Part shown: positions 28,056 to 37,099 of the stretch, piece by piece | Layout: each line of letters starts with the position of its first letter | Position numbering within the stretch: position 1 is the first letter of the stretch | Source of the DNA: Thermoanaerobaculia bacterium | Lineage (GTDB): Bacteria; Acidobacteriota; Thermoanaerobaculia; Multivoradales; UBA5704 | Direction: 5' to 3' | NCBI GenBank assembly: GCA_044226625.1 | Contig: JBGAGQ010000035.1 | Span: 1 to 62,544 of the forward strand | Length of the DNA: 62,544 bases | Made by a program: the position numbers and the translations under genes | The notes under the pieces: model-generated | What the model was told of the DNA's origin: nothing | The model's database searches: none | Seen by the model: only the letters and a program-made list of their open reading frames with translations

Positions 28056-30861
28056 CGCTCAAGACCTCCTCGATCAGCTTGCCGGCAAACGGCACGGCGA
28101 TGGTCGGTCCCTTGCCTTGGCCTTCGATCACGATCGCGACCGTGAGCGCCCGCTTCGGCGCGCGGGAGATCACGTCGACCTTCGGCAGCTCCGCGCCTCC
28201 GCCGCCACGCCGAGCCGCCGCATCCCAGGCGCCCATCGTAAAGACGTAGGCGGCTCCCACCGATTCGATCTCACGGCGGCGGAGGGCGCGCACCAGACGG
28301 CCCCCCCGGCGCTCGAACTGCACGCGGTCTTCCGGCTTGCTGTCGTTCCAGCTGTCGCACGCCTGGATCACCGATCGGGAGGAGACGCCGAAGCGGCGGA
28401 GCACCGCGAGATCGCCCGCGTTCGCCCGCAGCGCGTCGAGCGAGCGGGTCGCCCGCCCCTCCTCCGTCCGATCGGCGTCGACCGGACCGGCATCGCGGTA
28501 GACGATTCGATCGGCTCCGTCCAGGGTGAGGGCGCGCCGTGCGATCAAGGCGTCGAGCGCTCGCGCTAGGCCGGTCGAGACGTACGTGACGTTGTCGGGC
28601 GAGCCGGTCTTCGAGAAGAAACCGAGAACTTCGCCGCGCGCCGCGATCCGGGCGCCGAGCGCGCGCAGCTCGGGAGCGAGCGCCGCCGCCGTACCACCCG
28701 GCCCCGCGACGAGCGTCATCGCGTCGGCAAGCCGCTGCCTCGTCGCCGGTGCGAGATCGAGGTTGGCGAGCTTCGCGGCCTGCGGCTTCGCGGCTTCGTC
28801 GCCATCTTCGGCCCCCTCGGGACGGACGCGGCGCACCAGCTGCGGCTCGATGCGCTTTCCGGTGATCAGGCGCGAAAAGACGCTCGCGATACGCGGCATC
28901 GTCCAGGTCGACTCGCCGCCGCCGAGAACCAGCGAAAGGTATTCGCGCCGGTAGTCGTCGATCAGGTTGAGAGCGAGGTTCTCCCGCTCGGGCGAGGCGC
29001 CCCGGAAGGTCGTCTCCTTGGGCAGCCGATCGCCGTAGAGCTGGGCGAGCACCGGCCGCCAGATCGAGGTGTCGATCAGGTCGTCCCCTTCGCTCGGCGC
29101 CCAACGCTCCGCGGAGTGCTTGGTCGTGAACGGCACGCCGAACAGCCGCCGCAACGACGCGGCGAAGTCGCGATGCTCGAGCGTGATGATCCGACCGCAG
29201 GCGGCCAGGCGGGCGAGCTCCGGGTCCTTCGCGCCGGCATTGGAGACGATCGGGAGATTGAGACCGGGGCGACGGTCGTGCTCGGTCCCTCCGAGCGCGA
29301 AGCGTTCCTCCGGATCGAGCTGCTCCGGGATCTCGGGGTCGCCCACCGGCGGGAGCAGGCCCGTTCGCGCCTCGTCGACTCCGGTGGCGAGCGTGAGGAG
29401 CGTCGCGCCGTACTTGTTCGACGAGTGCTCGATGAACTCTTCGAAGTCGATCCAGCCGTCCGAGCCACCCCCGATCGAGTGATCCTCGAGCGGCGGATCG
29501 AGCGCGATGCCGAGAACCTGATCGAACTTGCCTTCCGCGTAGCCGCGGATCCGTAGGTCGGCGAGAAACGGCGCGCGATCCAGGATCGCCGCCGCGAACG
29601 GGACCTTCGCCACCGAGCCGATGGGCAGGCGCGAGAAGTTGTGATTGCGCAGCCACCGCGCCCGCGAGCGCTCGCCGTCGCCGTAATCGCCCAGCTGCTC
29701 GGCCGTGGGATAGCTCGCGAGCGCGAGCAGCTCCCCGGTCGTCGCATCCATCACCGTCACGGCCGCCCGGAACGGCGGCTCGGTCCGGCCGCGCAGGGTG
29801 CGAGCGTAAGCGTCCAGCTCGCGTTGCACCTCGGCGGCGAGCCGCGCGTCGAGGGTAAGGGCGAGGTCGAAGCGCTCGCTTCCTGGCGCGGGCGCCTGAT
29901 CCGGCGGACGATGGAGGGCGGCGTCGATCGCTGCGAGCATGTCCGCGGCGATCGGTGGATCGGGGCGTTCGGGAATGCGCCGGAAGCGGCCGTTGATCGG
30001 CCGGAAGACCGAGATCGGCGGCGCCTCGCCGAGGACCGAGCTCCAGAGCAGCGCGTACTGCGAGCCTCCGCCGAGGCGCCAGCGCAGCTTGAGCAGGTCG
30101 CCCGAGTCGATCCGCGCATGGCTCCCCTGCCGGACCTCGTCGCCGCTGATCGAGACCTCGACGCCCGCGGCCTGGCTCCGGTGGTTGAACAGCAGGGCGT
30201 CGCCGATCCGGTTCACCGTGCCGAGAAAAGCGCCGCCGCGGCCCGAGAGCTTCACCTTCTCGGCCTGAACCGCGCGCGGCGGCGTCCGGCTGGAGGCGCT
30301 CGTTCCTTCCGGCGCGCCGTCGTCGCCGCCCGCGCGCAAGGTGACCTCCGGGGGGTTCTCCAGTTGCCGCAGCGCCTTCGTCGGACCGACCAGCTCGAGC
30401 GCCACACCGCCGCCGCGCAGCTCGGCGATGCGGGTGAGGGTGGGCCGATAGGTCAACGCGCCGGTCCAGGCGCGCGACTCGGAAAACGGCAACGCGATGC
30501 GATGCCGCGACGGATCGAGGCCGAAGATCTGGTCGTTCTCGACCGAGAAGATCGCCCGATCCCCGGCGTTGAAATCAGCGACGTCGCGCGCGAGGTGGGA
30601 GCGCAGGAAGAGCTCTTCGATCGGCGTGCCGGCGAATTTCGGTTCGAGCTCGATGGTGCGCGATTCGGGTCGATACCGTAGCCAGCCGTGATGGATGTAG
30701 AGCTCGGCGGTTTCCCGGTACCCCTCCGGATCGTGGTAGGCCGGCAACGATTCGGCGCGCGACAATCCCAGGTAGGCCACGCGACCGAGCCAGGCCGCGA
30801 GCCAAACACCGAGAAGGAGGAGCACGGCGAGCGCCGCGCGGCGGTGGGCCGGAGCGTTCAC
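28033..30861 (-). CDS. Divergent class-B-like penicillin-binding transpeptidase with large N-terminal domain
   Basis: N-terminal TM; LTLD..L, VMDATTGELLALASYP, SxxK (GSVAK), SxN (SSN), KTG (SKTGS); GTG overlaps upstream stop. Confidence 0.85.
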   Translation of the reverse strand: MNAPAHRRAALAVLLLLGVWLAAWLGRVAYLGLSRAESLPAYHDPEGYRETAELYIHHGWLRYRPESRTIELEPKFAGTPIEELFLRSHLARDVADFNAGDRAIFSVENDQIFGLDPSRHRIALPFSESRAWTGALTYRPTLTRIAELRGGGVALELVGPTKALRQLENPPEVTLRAGGDDGAPEGTSASSRTPPRAVQAEKVKLSGRGGAFLGTVNRIGDALLFNHRSQAAGVEVSISGDEVRQGSHARIDSGDLLKLRWRLGGGSQYALLWSSVLGEAPPISVFRPINGRFRRIPERPDPPIAADMLAAIDAALHRPPDQAPAPGSERFDLALTLDARLAAEVQRELDAYARTLRGRTEPPFRAAVTVMDATTGELLALASYPTAEQLGDYGDGERSRARWLRNHNFSRLPIGSVAKVPFAAAILDRAPFLADLRIRGYAEGKFDQVLGIALDPPLEDHSIGGGSDGWIDFEEFIEHSSNKYGATLLTLATGVDEARTGLLPPVGDPEIPEQLDPEERFALGGTEHDRRPGLNLPIVSNAGAKDPELARLAACGRIITLEHRDFAASLRRLFGVPFTTKHSAERWAPSEGDDLIDTSIWRPVLAQLYGDRLPKETTFRGASPERENLALNLIDDYRREYLSLVLGGGESTWTMPRIASVFSRLITGKRIEPQLVRRVRPEGAEDGDEAAKPQAAKLANLDLAPATRQRLADAMTLVAGPGGTAAALAPELRALGARIAARGEVLGFFSKTGSPDNVTYVSTGLARALDALIARRALTLDGADRIVYRDAGPVDADRTEEGRATRSLDALRANAGDLAVLRRFGVSSRSVIQACDSWNDSKPEDRVQFERRGGRLVRALRRREIESVGAAYVFTMGAWDAAARRGGGGAELPKVDVISRAPKRALTVAIVIEGQGKGPTIAVPFAGKLIEEVLSDALTNGW

Positions 30862-33797
30862 GCGGCCTCCTCCGGGATCGGGGTGGGCGCGGGCGACGCG
30901 CTCTCCTCGAGCCGATCCGGCGCGGGTCCGAGCGCCCAGAGGGCGAGGAGGACCAGGAGCGCCCCCTCGACCGCATCCGACAACGAGGAGGCGGCGAGGA
31001 AGTAGATGTTCTTGCCGGTGAACAAGAGCAGCTCGACGTTGGCCGACAGCATGTAGAGCGCCGCGAACGAGAGCGTCCAGAGGAGGAGCAAGCCCCAAGC
31101 CGCGCGCGGCGGGAGCGAAGAGAGATCCGGCGCGCCCGGGGCTCCCGGCGCGCCCGCGACCGAGAGGGCGATCCAGCCGGCGAACAGGAGGAGCAGCGCG
31201 AGCGCGCCGACCCAGCCGAACGGCCCGAGCAGGTGGACTGCGCTCAGGTTGTCGTTCAGATGGGTGGCCGATAGCGGCACCGCCAGCGGCACCGCGAGAT
31301 ACCCCTTGCCGAGCGGCCCGCGCGCGGCATAGGCGCGCAGGTTCTCCATTACGGTCAGGAACCCTTCGGCTTCGGTCGTGCCGAGGCGTTTGAGCTCTTC
31401 CGGCGCGAGCCGGCTCCAGAAGCGCAGGTCGTTCCGTTTGACCTCGACCTTCTTTTCCACCAGCTCGGCGGCTTTCTCGGGGTCGGCGCGCGCCTCCTCG
31501 AAGGTCGGCAAGGGGCTCCAGTTGGGGGTCGCGGGGAGGGCGAAGAACAGGATCGCGAGCCCCAGGGGGACGGCGAGCAGCGCGTTGCGCACGCCCGGCC
31601 GGACCGCGAATGGCAGCGCGAACAGCAGGAGCGGCGGCAGCGAGAAGATCAGGATCGAGCCCAGGTCGCGCGCGAGGAACGGGACCAAGACGAAGAGCAG
31701 GCCGAGCAGGATCCAGGTCTGGGCCACCGCGACCGCGCTCCGTTTCGGACTTCTGGCCCCCGGATTTCGACCTGGGCCGAGCCGTGAGGCGAGCGCCATC
31801 GCGAGCAGCGCCCACGGAACGTAGAAGATGCTCACCGCGAACCGCGGCCCGAGGTCGATCCGCTCCTTCCATCCGAAGGCGTAGAGTGCGAAAAGCCGCC
31901 AGACCAGCAACGTCCCCGCCACCCAGAGAAGGGCTCTCGTGCCCTCGCCCCGCGCCTCGGTCGCGGCGAAAAACCGCGCGAGACGCGGCAGGAGCCAACG
32001 GCCGAAGAGCAACGGCAGGACGAGCGCGAAAGCCAGGGCCAGAGCGATCGACGGGAGTTCGACTCCCGCCCGGCCGAGCGCGATCGCTCCCGCCGAAAGA
32101 GCGATTGCGGCGTAGGCGATCCCGGCCGAACGAAGGTCCCGAGGAGATCCCGCGTCGCTCTCTTGCCCTCCGGAGGCGAGAAGGAGGGAGACCTGAACCG
32201 CGAACGGCACCAGAGCGAAGAGCGCGAGCGCCTCCCAGGCCGAGGAGGCCGAGGCGGGATCGAGATACGCCCCCTCGTAGGCGATCAGGGCGCGGAGCGC
32301 CAACAACACCTCCATGCCCGTGAGGACGGCGAACGGCAGAAGGCGGCGCCGGAGCGGCGCCGCCGCGAGGGCCGACGCGAGCGCCACCGCCGCCGCGAGG
32401 GGAAGAGCGCCCCAGGGCGCACCGAGCCGGGCGACGCGAACGATCGCCGCCGAGTCCTCTCCGAGCGGAAACGCCGCGCCGAGCGGATAGGCGCGCAGGC
32501 CCGAATGGGTCGTCACCTCGAGCCGGGTCGCGCCCTCCGCTGGGGGCTCGATGCGGCTGAACAGCTCGGCTCCGAGCGGCTCGCCGACCGCGGCGAACGA
32601 GAGGAGCATCTCTCCCGCGCCGGCGTAGAGCGCGTAGCGCTCGGGCGCGAGCGACAGGAGCGGGCGCCCCCCCTCCGCCCGGGCGCGCCGGGCGAGGTCG
32701 ACGAGGTCGCTACGCTCGATCTGCACGTAGGTCGGGGTATCGAAGGCCAGGCGCAGGAAACCGTCGCGCTCGAAGCTCGCGCGGAAGCTCCGCCGCTCCT
32801 GGGCGCGGCTGGGAGGACGCAGCCGTTCGCCTCCCTTGAGACCCGCGACGACGTGCGCCCAGACCCCCTTCGGCTCGGGCTCGGGCGCGGCGGCGTCTTC
32901 CAGGTCGATCCGAAAGAGCGACAGGCGGAGTGCCTCCCCCCGGCGCAGTGTCGCGACCGTGGAGCGAAACTCGGTCGGCGCGCCGCCGGCTTTCGGTACG
33001 ACGCGCGCCCCCGATTCGGTGAGGGCGAGGTAGACGCCACGCCGGAAATACCCGCCGCCGCGATAGGCGAACCCGCCGAGCGGGCGCCCTCCCGGACCCA
33101 GCACCGGCCGCGCCGGATCGACCGCGGCTAGCTCGCGTAGCGGAAAGATCGCCAGCTCCGGAGGCAGCTCGCGGCCGATTCCGAAGCCGAGCGCCCCGCG
33201 GCGCGACGGCAGGGACGGCCCCGCTCCAGACGCTCCAGAGAACCCGAGTCGCGAGGCTTCGAAAGTGAGCGGCTTGACCCCCGGAATCTCGAGCCGGTCG
33301 CCGTCCGCGAGGCGCACCGAGCCGAAGAACGGCTCGGCGGCGCAGGGCCAGACACGACAGGTCCAGGGGCGTTCCCCGGGGCGTGCTCGCACCGCTCCGA
33401 CCGCCACGCGGGCCGCTCCCTCGTCGTCGCCGGACGGCGGGCCGAGATCGGGATGGACGTCGATCCGGACGTCGGCTCCCTGCGAGGTGAACGTCAGAAA
33501 GCCCGACGGAAGGCCCGCGACGACCAGCGCGTCCTGCTCTTTGTCCCCGCCGATCCGCACGGTGCGCGGTTCGGTGGGATCGAACCGGAAACGGAGCCCT
33601 TCGAGCGAGATCCGAAGGTCGCCGAAGCGCGCCTGCGCCGAGAGCACCACGCCGAGGAGCAGCAGGGGCGCCACCGCCGCGGCGAGCGCCTGGAGCGCGC
33701 CTCCGACCGGCTCGCCGCGCCGTGAGCTGCGGTAAGCCAACAGCCAAAGGGCGAGCAGCAGCGCGATCGAGGCGGAGAAGGCGATCGAGGAGAGCAT
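30858..33797 (-). CDS. Divergent FtsW/RodA (SEDS) glycosyltransferase with a large N-terminal soluble domain
   Basis: Many C-terminal TMs; RDLGS, GPLGKGY, HLND..(HTD-like), FGWVG, LLLFTGKNIYFL..SS; paired with downstream PBP. Confidence 0.78.
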   Translation of the reverse strand: MLSSIAFSASIALLLALWLLAYRSSRRGEPVGGALQALAAAVAPLLLLGVVLSAQARFGDLRISLEGLRFRFDPTEPRTVRIGGDKEQDALVVAGLPSGFLTFTSQGADVRIDVHPDLGPPSGDDEGAARVAVGAVRARPGERPWTCRVWPCAAEPFFGSVRLADGDRLEIPGVKPLTFEASRLGFSGASGAGPSLPSRRGALGFGIGRELPPELAIFPLRELAAVDPARPVLGPGGRPLGGFAYRGGGYFRRGVYLALTESGARVVPKAGGAPTEFRSTVATLRRGEALRLSLFRIDLEDAAAPEPEPKGVWAHVVAGLKGGERLRPPSRAQERRSFRASFERDGFLRLAFDTPTYVQIERSDLVDLARRARAEGGRPLLSLAPERYALYAGAGEMLLSFAAVGEPLGAELFSRIEPPAEGATRLEVTTHSGLRAYPLGAAFPLGEDSAAIVRVARLGAPWGALPLAAAVALASALAAAPLRRRLLPFAVLTGMEVLLALRALIAYEGAYLDPASASSAWEALALFALVPFAVQVSLLLASGGQESDAGSPRDLRSAGIAYAAIALSAGAIALGRAGVELPSIALALAFALVLPLLFGRWLLPRLARFFAATEARGEGTRALLWVAGTLLVWRLFALYAFGWKERIDLGPRFAVSIFYVPWALLAMALASRLGPGRNPGARSPKRSAVAVAQTWILLGLLFVLVPFLARDLGSILIFSLPPLLLFALPFAVRPGVRNALLAVPLGLAILFFALPATPNWSPLPTFEEARADPEKAAELVEKKVEVKRNDLRFWSRLAPEELKRLGTTEAEGFLTVMENLRAYAARGPLGKGYLAVPLAVPLSATHLNDNLSAVHLLGPFGWVGALALLLLFAGWIALSVAGAPGAPGAPDLSSLPPRAAWGLLLLWTLSFAALYMLSANVELLLFTGKNIYFLAASSLSDAVEGALLVLLALWALGPAPDRLEESASPAPTPIPEEAA

Positions 33798-33820
33798 GCG
33801 AAGTGTCCGGAGCGCGAAGC

Positions 33821-35803
33821 CTATCCCGCCGAATCGGGACGCCGGCCGATCGCCTGGTCGCGCGCGAGCCCTTCGGCGTAGGCGCTCGCGAAAGCGCGCC
33901 GATGGGCGAGGACCAGGCCGCGAGCCCAGAGAGGCGCGGCGAAGAACAGAAAGCCGAGCACGATCTCCACCGCCCACGGCCAGGCGTTGCGGAACCAACA
34001 GCCCACCTCGCCGAAGAAGCCCCCGCGCGCGAGATGGCGAATGCCCGGGGGGAACGCCGGATCGTCCGAGACGAAACGGCGGATCGTCCGCGCCTTGCCA
34101 GGCTCCCCCGGCTCGAGCTGGGCGGCGCGGGCGAGAGCCCGGTTGCCCAGCTCAGCCATCGCGTCCGCCCGCCAGGCGAGGAAGAAATCGCGCGAGATCC
34201 CGCGCAGGCCGAGCGCCCGGCCGAACTCCCGCTCGAAAGCCGGCAGCTCCCCTTTAGCGAGCAGATTCCGCCACAGATGGAGGAACAGCCAGTCGTCGAG
34301 CGTCGATTCGGTCGCCGCGGTGAACGCCGCGCCCATCGGGCGGAACTCGACCGGCCGCACGCCACCCGGCAGCTCGATCTCCCGGTCGGGGGGATAGAGC
34401 TTGCGGAACAGGGCGCGCGGCAAACTCGGCTCGCCGCGCGATGCCGAAGCGGCCCGTGGGCCGCGTCCAGCGAGCACCGCGGCCGCCGCCGCGAGCCGGT
34501 CGAGCCGCGCGGCGTCCGCCGGCACGAGCGACGTCGAGCTCTCCTGCGCCTGGGCGAGGTAGCTCGACGCGGCCTCGAACTCACCGAGCTGGGCCAGCAG
34601 GGCGCCCAGGTTGTAGAGCAGATGCGGATCGTCCAGGGTCGCGGCCGGGTTCTCCGCCGTCCAGTCGATCGCGTTCGACAGCGCCCAGAGCAGGTTTTCC
34701 TCCTCCCAGGCTCGGGCGTCCCCCCGGTAGTAGCGGTCGAACCGCTCGCGGAAGAGACTGTCGAACGGCGGAGCCGAGCGTTTGAGGCTGCGGCAGAAAC
34801 CGCGGTCGCGGTAGCTCTTCTCGTCTCGGCCGCTCTTCGGCAGAGGATCGCAGGAGATCGGCTTGGGCCGCTCGTCGCTCCGATGGAAGCCGGGGCTCGA
34901 AAGGTAGCCGCCGATCAGGTCGCTCGCGAGCGATCCGGTCGACAGCCCGGTCGGCGGCAGACGAAAGACCTGGAGCGCCGAGGCGACGCCGGGAAACTCG
35001 GCGGGACATTCGTCGGTCGCGTGATAGAGCTCGACCAAGGCCCAGGAGAGGGAAAGCATCGCGCCCTCGCGGGCTTCGGCCGACGCCGAGCCCCCCGCCG
35101 CTCCGGTGACCGAACCGGCGATCCGGAGCTGCGCGTGTCCGAGCGCGTAACGCGTCGACAGGCTCGCGAGGTAGAGCGGCGTCCGGCCGCATCCGGAAGG
35201 GACGGCGCGAATCGCCCGGTCGATCGTCTTCTTGGCCCCTTCGAGCTCGCGCGCCGCCGCTCGCGCGTTGCCGCGACGCAGGTAGAGGACGCCGCGGTCG
35301 TAGTCGATCTGCCACGAGCCCGGTTGGCTTCGGCGTGCCAGACCGAGCAGGTCGATGCCCCGGTCGATCCGTTCTTCGAGCTGCTCCGGGTCTTCCGCCC
35401 CGGCGTCCTCCGCCGGATCGGGCAGGGTCCGAAGCTCGGCGAGCGCGGTGTCGAGCGCCGCCAGTGCCTCGGCGGTCGGCGGGCGCAACGCCGGGTCGGA
35501 CGGTACGTCCGTCCAGAGCAGGATTCGCGCGGCCAGCAAGGGTTCTCTCAGACGGAATTCGCGCTCGATCCGGGCGCGCTCGGTCGCGGTGGTCGCCGGG
35601 AAATCGGCCCAAGGCCAGGCGAGACTTCCGGCGAGCGGCGACGGACGACCGTCGAGCCGCAAGGTTCCCCGCGCGACGAAGGAACGCAGGCCGAAGAAGG
35701 CGGCGAGCGAGAGCGCCATCGCCACCAGGGCCAGGGTCCAGGCGAACGTCGAAGCGCGACGCTCGGTTCGGGCGAAGGCGCCCAAGGGGGTGCGAGCGCT
35801 CAA
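33821..35803 (-). CDS. TPR-containing membrane protein, Cys-rich extracytoplasmic domain
   Basis: N- and C-terminal TMs; TPR-like YDRGVLYLRRGN..AA and YNLGALLAQLGEFEAA; TTG start overlaps upstream TGA. Confidence 0.7.
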   Translation of the reverse strand: MSARTPLGAFARTERRASTFAWTLALVAMALSLAAFFGLRSFVARGTLRLDGRPSPLAGSLAWPWADFPATTATERARIEREFRLREPLLAARILLWTDVPSDPALRPPTAEALAALDTALAELRTLPDPAEDAGAEDPEQLEERIDRGIDLLGLARRSQPGSWQIDYDRGVLYLRRGNARAAARELEGAKKTIDRAIRAVPSGCGRTPLYLASLSTRYALGHAQLRIAGSVTGAAGGSASAEAREGAMLSLSWALVELYHATDECPAEFPGVASALQVFRLPPTGLSTGSLASDLIGGYLSSPGFHRSDERPKPISCDPLPKSGRDEKSYRDRGFCRSLKRSAPPFDSLFRERFDRYYRGDARAWEEENLLWALSNAIDWTAENPAATLDDPHLLYNLGALLAQLGEFEAASSYLAQAQESSTSLVPADAARLDRLAAAAAVLAGRGPRAASASRGEPSLPRALFRKLYPPDREIELPGGVRPVEFRPMGAAFTAATESTLDDWLFLHLWRNLLAKGELPAFEREFGRALGLRGISRDFFLAWRADAMAELGNRALARAAQLEPGEPGKARTIRRFVSDDPAFPPGIRHLARGGFFGEVGCWFRNAWPWAVEIVLGFLFFAAPLWARGLVLAHRRAFASAYAEGLARDQAIGRRPDSAG

Positions 35804-37053
35804 ACGCGGGCTCCGCGCCGCGCGCCGGCGTCCACCCGGCGCCGCAGCCAAAGCGGCCGGCCGGTCTCGAGATCGCCCGACAACAGCCCCCGTAGGACGC
35901 CGCCCCAACCTCCGCGCTCGACCTCGAGCTGGCGGTCCAACCAGTCGAACATCTCGACCACGCCGTAATGCGGCCGCGAGTAATCGACCCAGCCGTCGAG
36001 CCCCTCGTGACCGAAGAACGAGCTCACGAAATCGAAGCGGAAGCGAGTGAACCGATTCTCGATCGCCGCGGCGAGCACCGGCAGTCCGGCGATCCCGAAC
36101 GAGAACGGATCGTCCACCGGCTCGGCGCGGTCCAATCGATCCGCTTGGGAAAGCGCGACGAACAGCGGCTCGGACAACCGCGGACCCGGGCGGGCGCGGA
36201 TCGCCCGCAGGTCGTCTTTCGAGATCCCCTGGGCGAGAAATGCCTTGGGACCGAGCCTTGCGAGCCCCTCCTTGGCGAGGCGGATCGCGTCGATCAGGTC
36301 GTAGAACGACTCGGAGAGAGCGGCGACCTTCATCCGCTCCGCGACCGTGCCCCCCGCCGCGCGCGCCAGATGCTCCGCCTCGATGACGAAGATGTAGGCG
36401 CTCGCGCAGGCGAGCGCGGTCAAATACGAGCGGACGCCGATCCCCGACAGGCTCGCCCGGGTCGACTGCTCGTCGAACGCGCGTTGGAAGCTCTCTCCCG
36501 CGCAGTCGACCAATACGTAGGGGCTTCCGGATCCAGTGCGGGCGGGGTTGACCTCCGTGAGCCAGAGCCCCTCCGGCGTCATCTCGATCGTCTCCTGCTT
36601 GCGCGGGTGGACCGCCCAACGTCCGCCTCGGGGCAGGGCCTCGCGCAGGCGGTTGATCAGAAAGGTCTTGCCGCTCGCGCCGAATCCGATCACGGCGACG
36701 ATGCGCCGGCTCTCGCCAAAGGCGGTAAAGGTCTCCAGGTGGTTCGGGTCGAGCTCCTGGTCCGCCTCGGCCGCATCGTCTTTCGGCGGGGCCGACGCCT
36801 GGATCTTCGCCCCGCCGGCCGTCTCGTTCGAAGGGAAGGGCCCCGTGCGCGGTGGGCGCCCCGCGAGAGGCGGAGGAGCGAGATGCGACAAGACCACCGC
36901 GCGGGTCGCGGTATCGGCGGCCGAAGCGGCGGACGAGGCGGCAGGCGAAGCGGCGGACGGCGTCATCCGGGGGCGACCTAGCGTCGCCCCGCAGTGCTGG
37001 CAGACCTCGGTCCCCGCGGAGTTCAGCGTGCCGCACTCCGAACAGGTGATCAT
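35800..37053 (-). CDS. Zinc-ribbon plus TRAFAC-class P-loop GTPase (double-GTPase-family-like)
   Basis: CSECG...CQHCG; G1 GFGASGKT, G2 T, G3 DCAGE, G4 SQAD, G5 VSS, C-terminal GV.E.FDWL; SD GGAGG. Confidence 0.78.
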   Translation of the reverse strand: MITCSECGTLNSAGTEVCQHCGATLGRPRMTPSAASPAASSAASAADTATRAVVLSHLAPPPLAGRPPRTGPFPSNETAGGAKIQASAPPKDDAAEADQELDPNHLETFTAFGESRRIVAVIGFGASGKTFLINRLREALPRGGRWAVHPRKQETIEMTPEGLWLTEVNPARTGSGSPYVLVDCAGESFQRAFDEQSTRASLSGIGVRSYLTALACASAYIFVIEAEHLARAAGGTVAERMKVAALSESFYDLIDAIRLAKEGLARLGPKAFLAQGISKDDLRAIRARPGPRLSEPLFVALSQADRLDRAEPVDDPFSFGIAGLPVLAAAIENRFTRFRFDFVSSFFGHEGLDGWVDYSRPHYGVVEMFDWLDRQLEVERGGWGGVLRGLLSGDLETGRPLWLRRRVDAGARRGARV

Positions 37054-37099
37054 CGATCCCTCCGATTCGATCGCATCTCGAGCCGCCAAGTAGAACGCG

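Noticed and set aside
30862-31998. N-terminal extension of the PBP ORF (similarly 33821-37036, 22597-24570, 51486-54308)
   Set aside because: Extensions overlap well-supported upstream genes in another frame; coupled starts exist at the gene junctions
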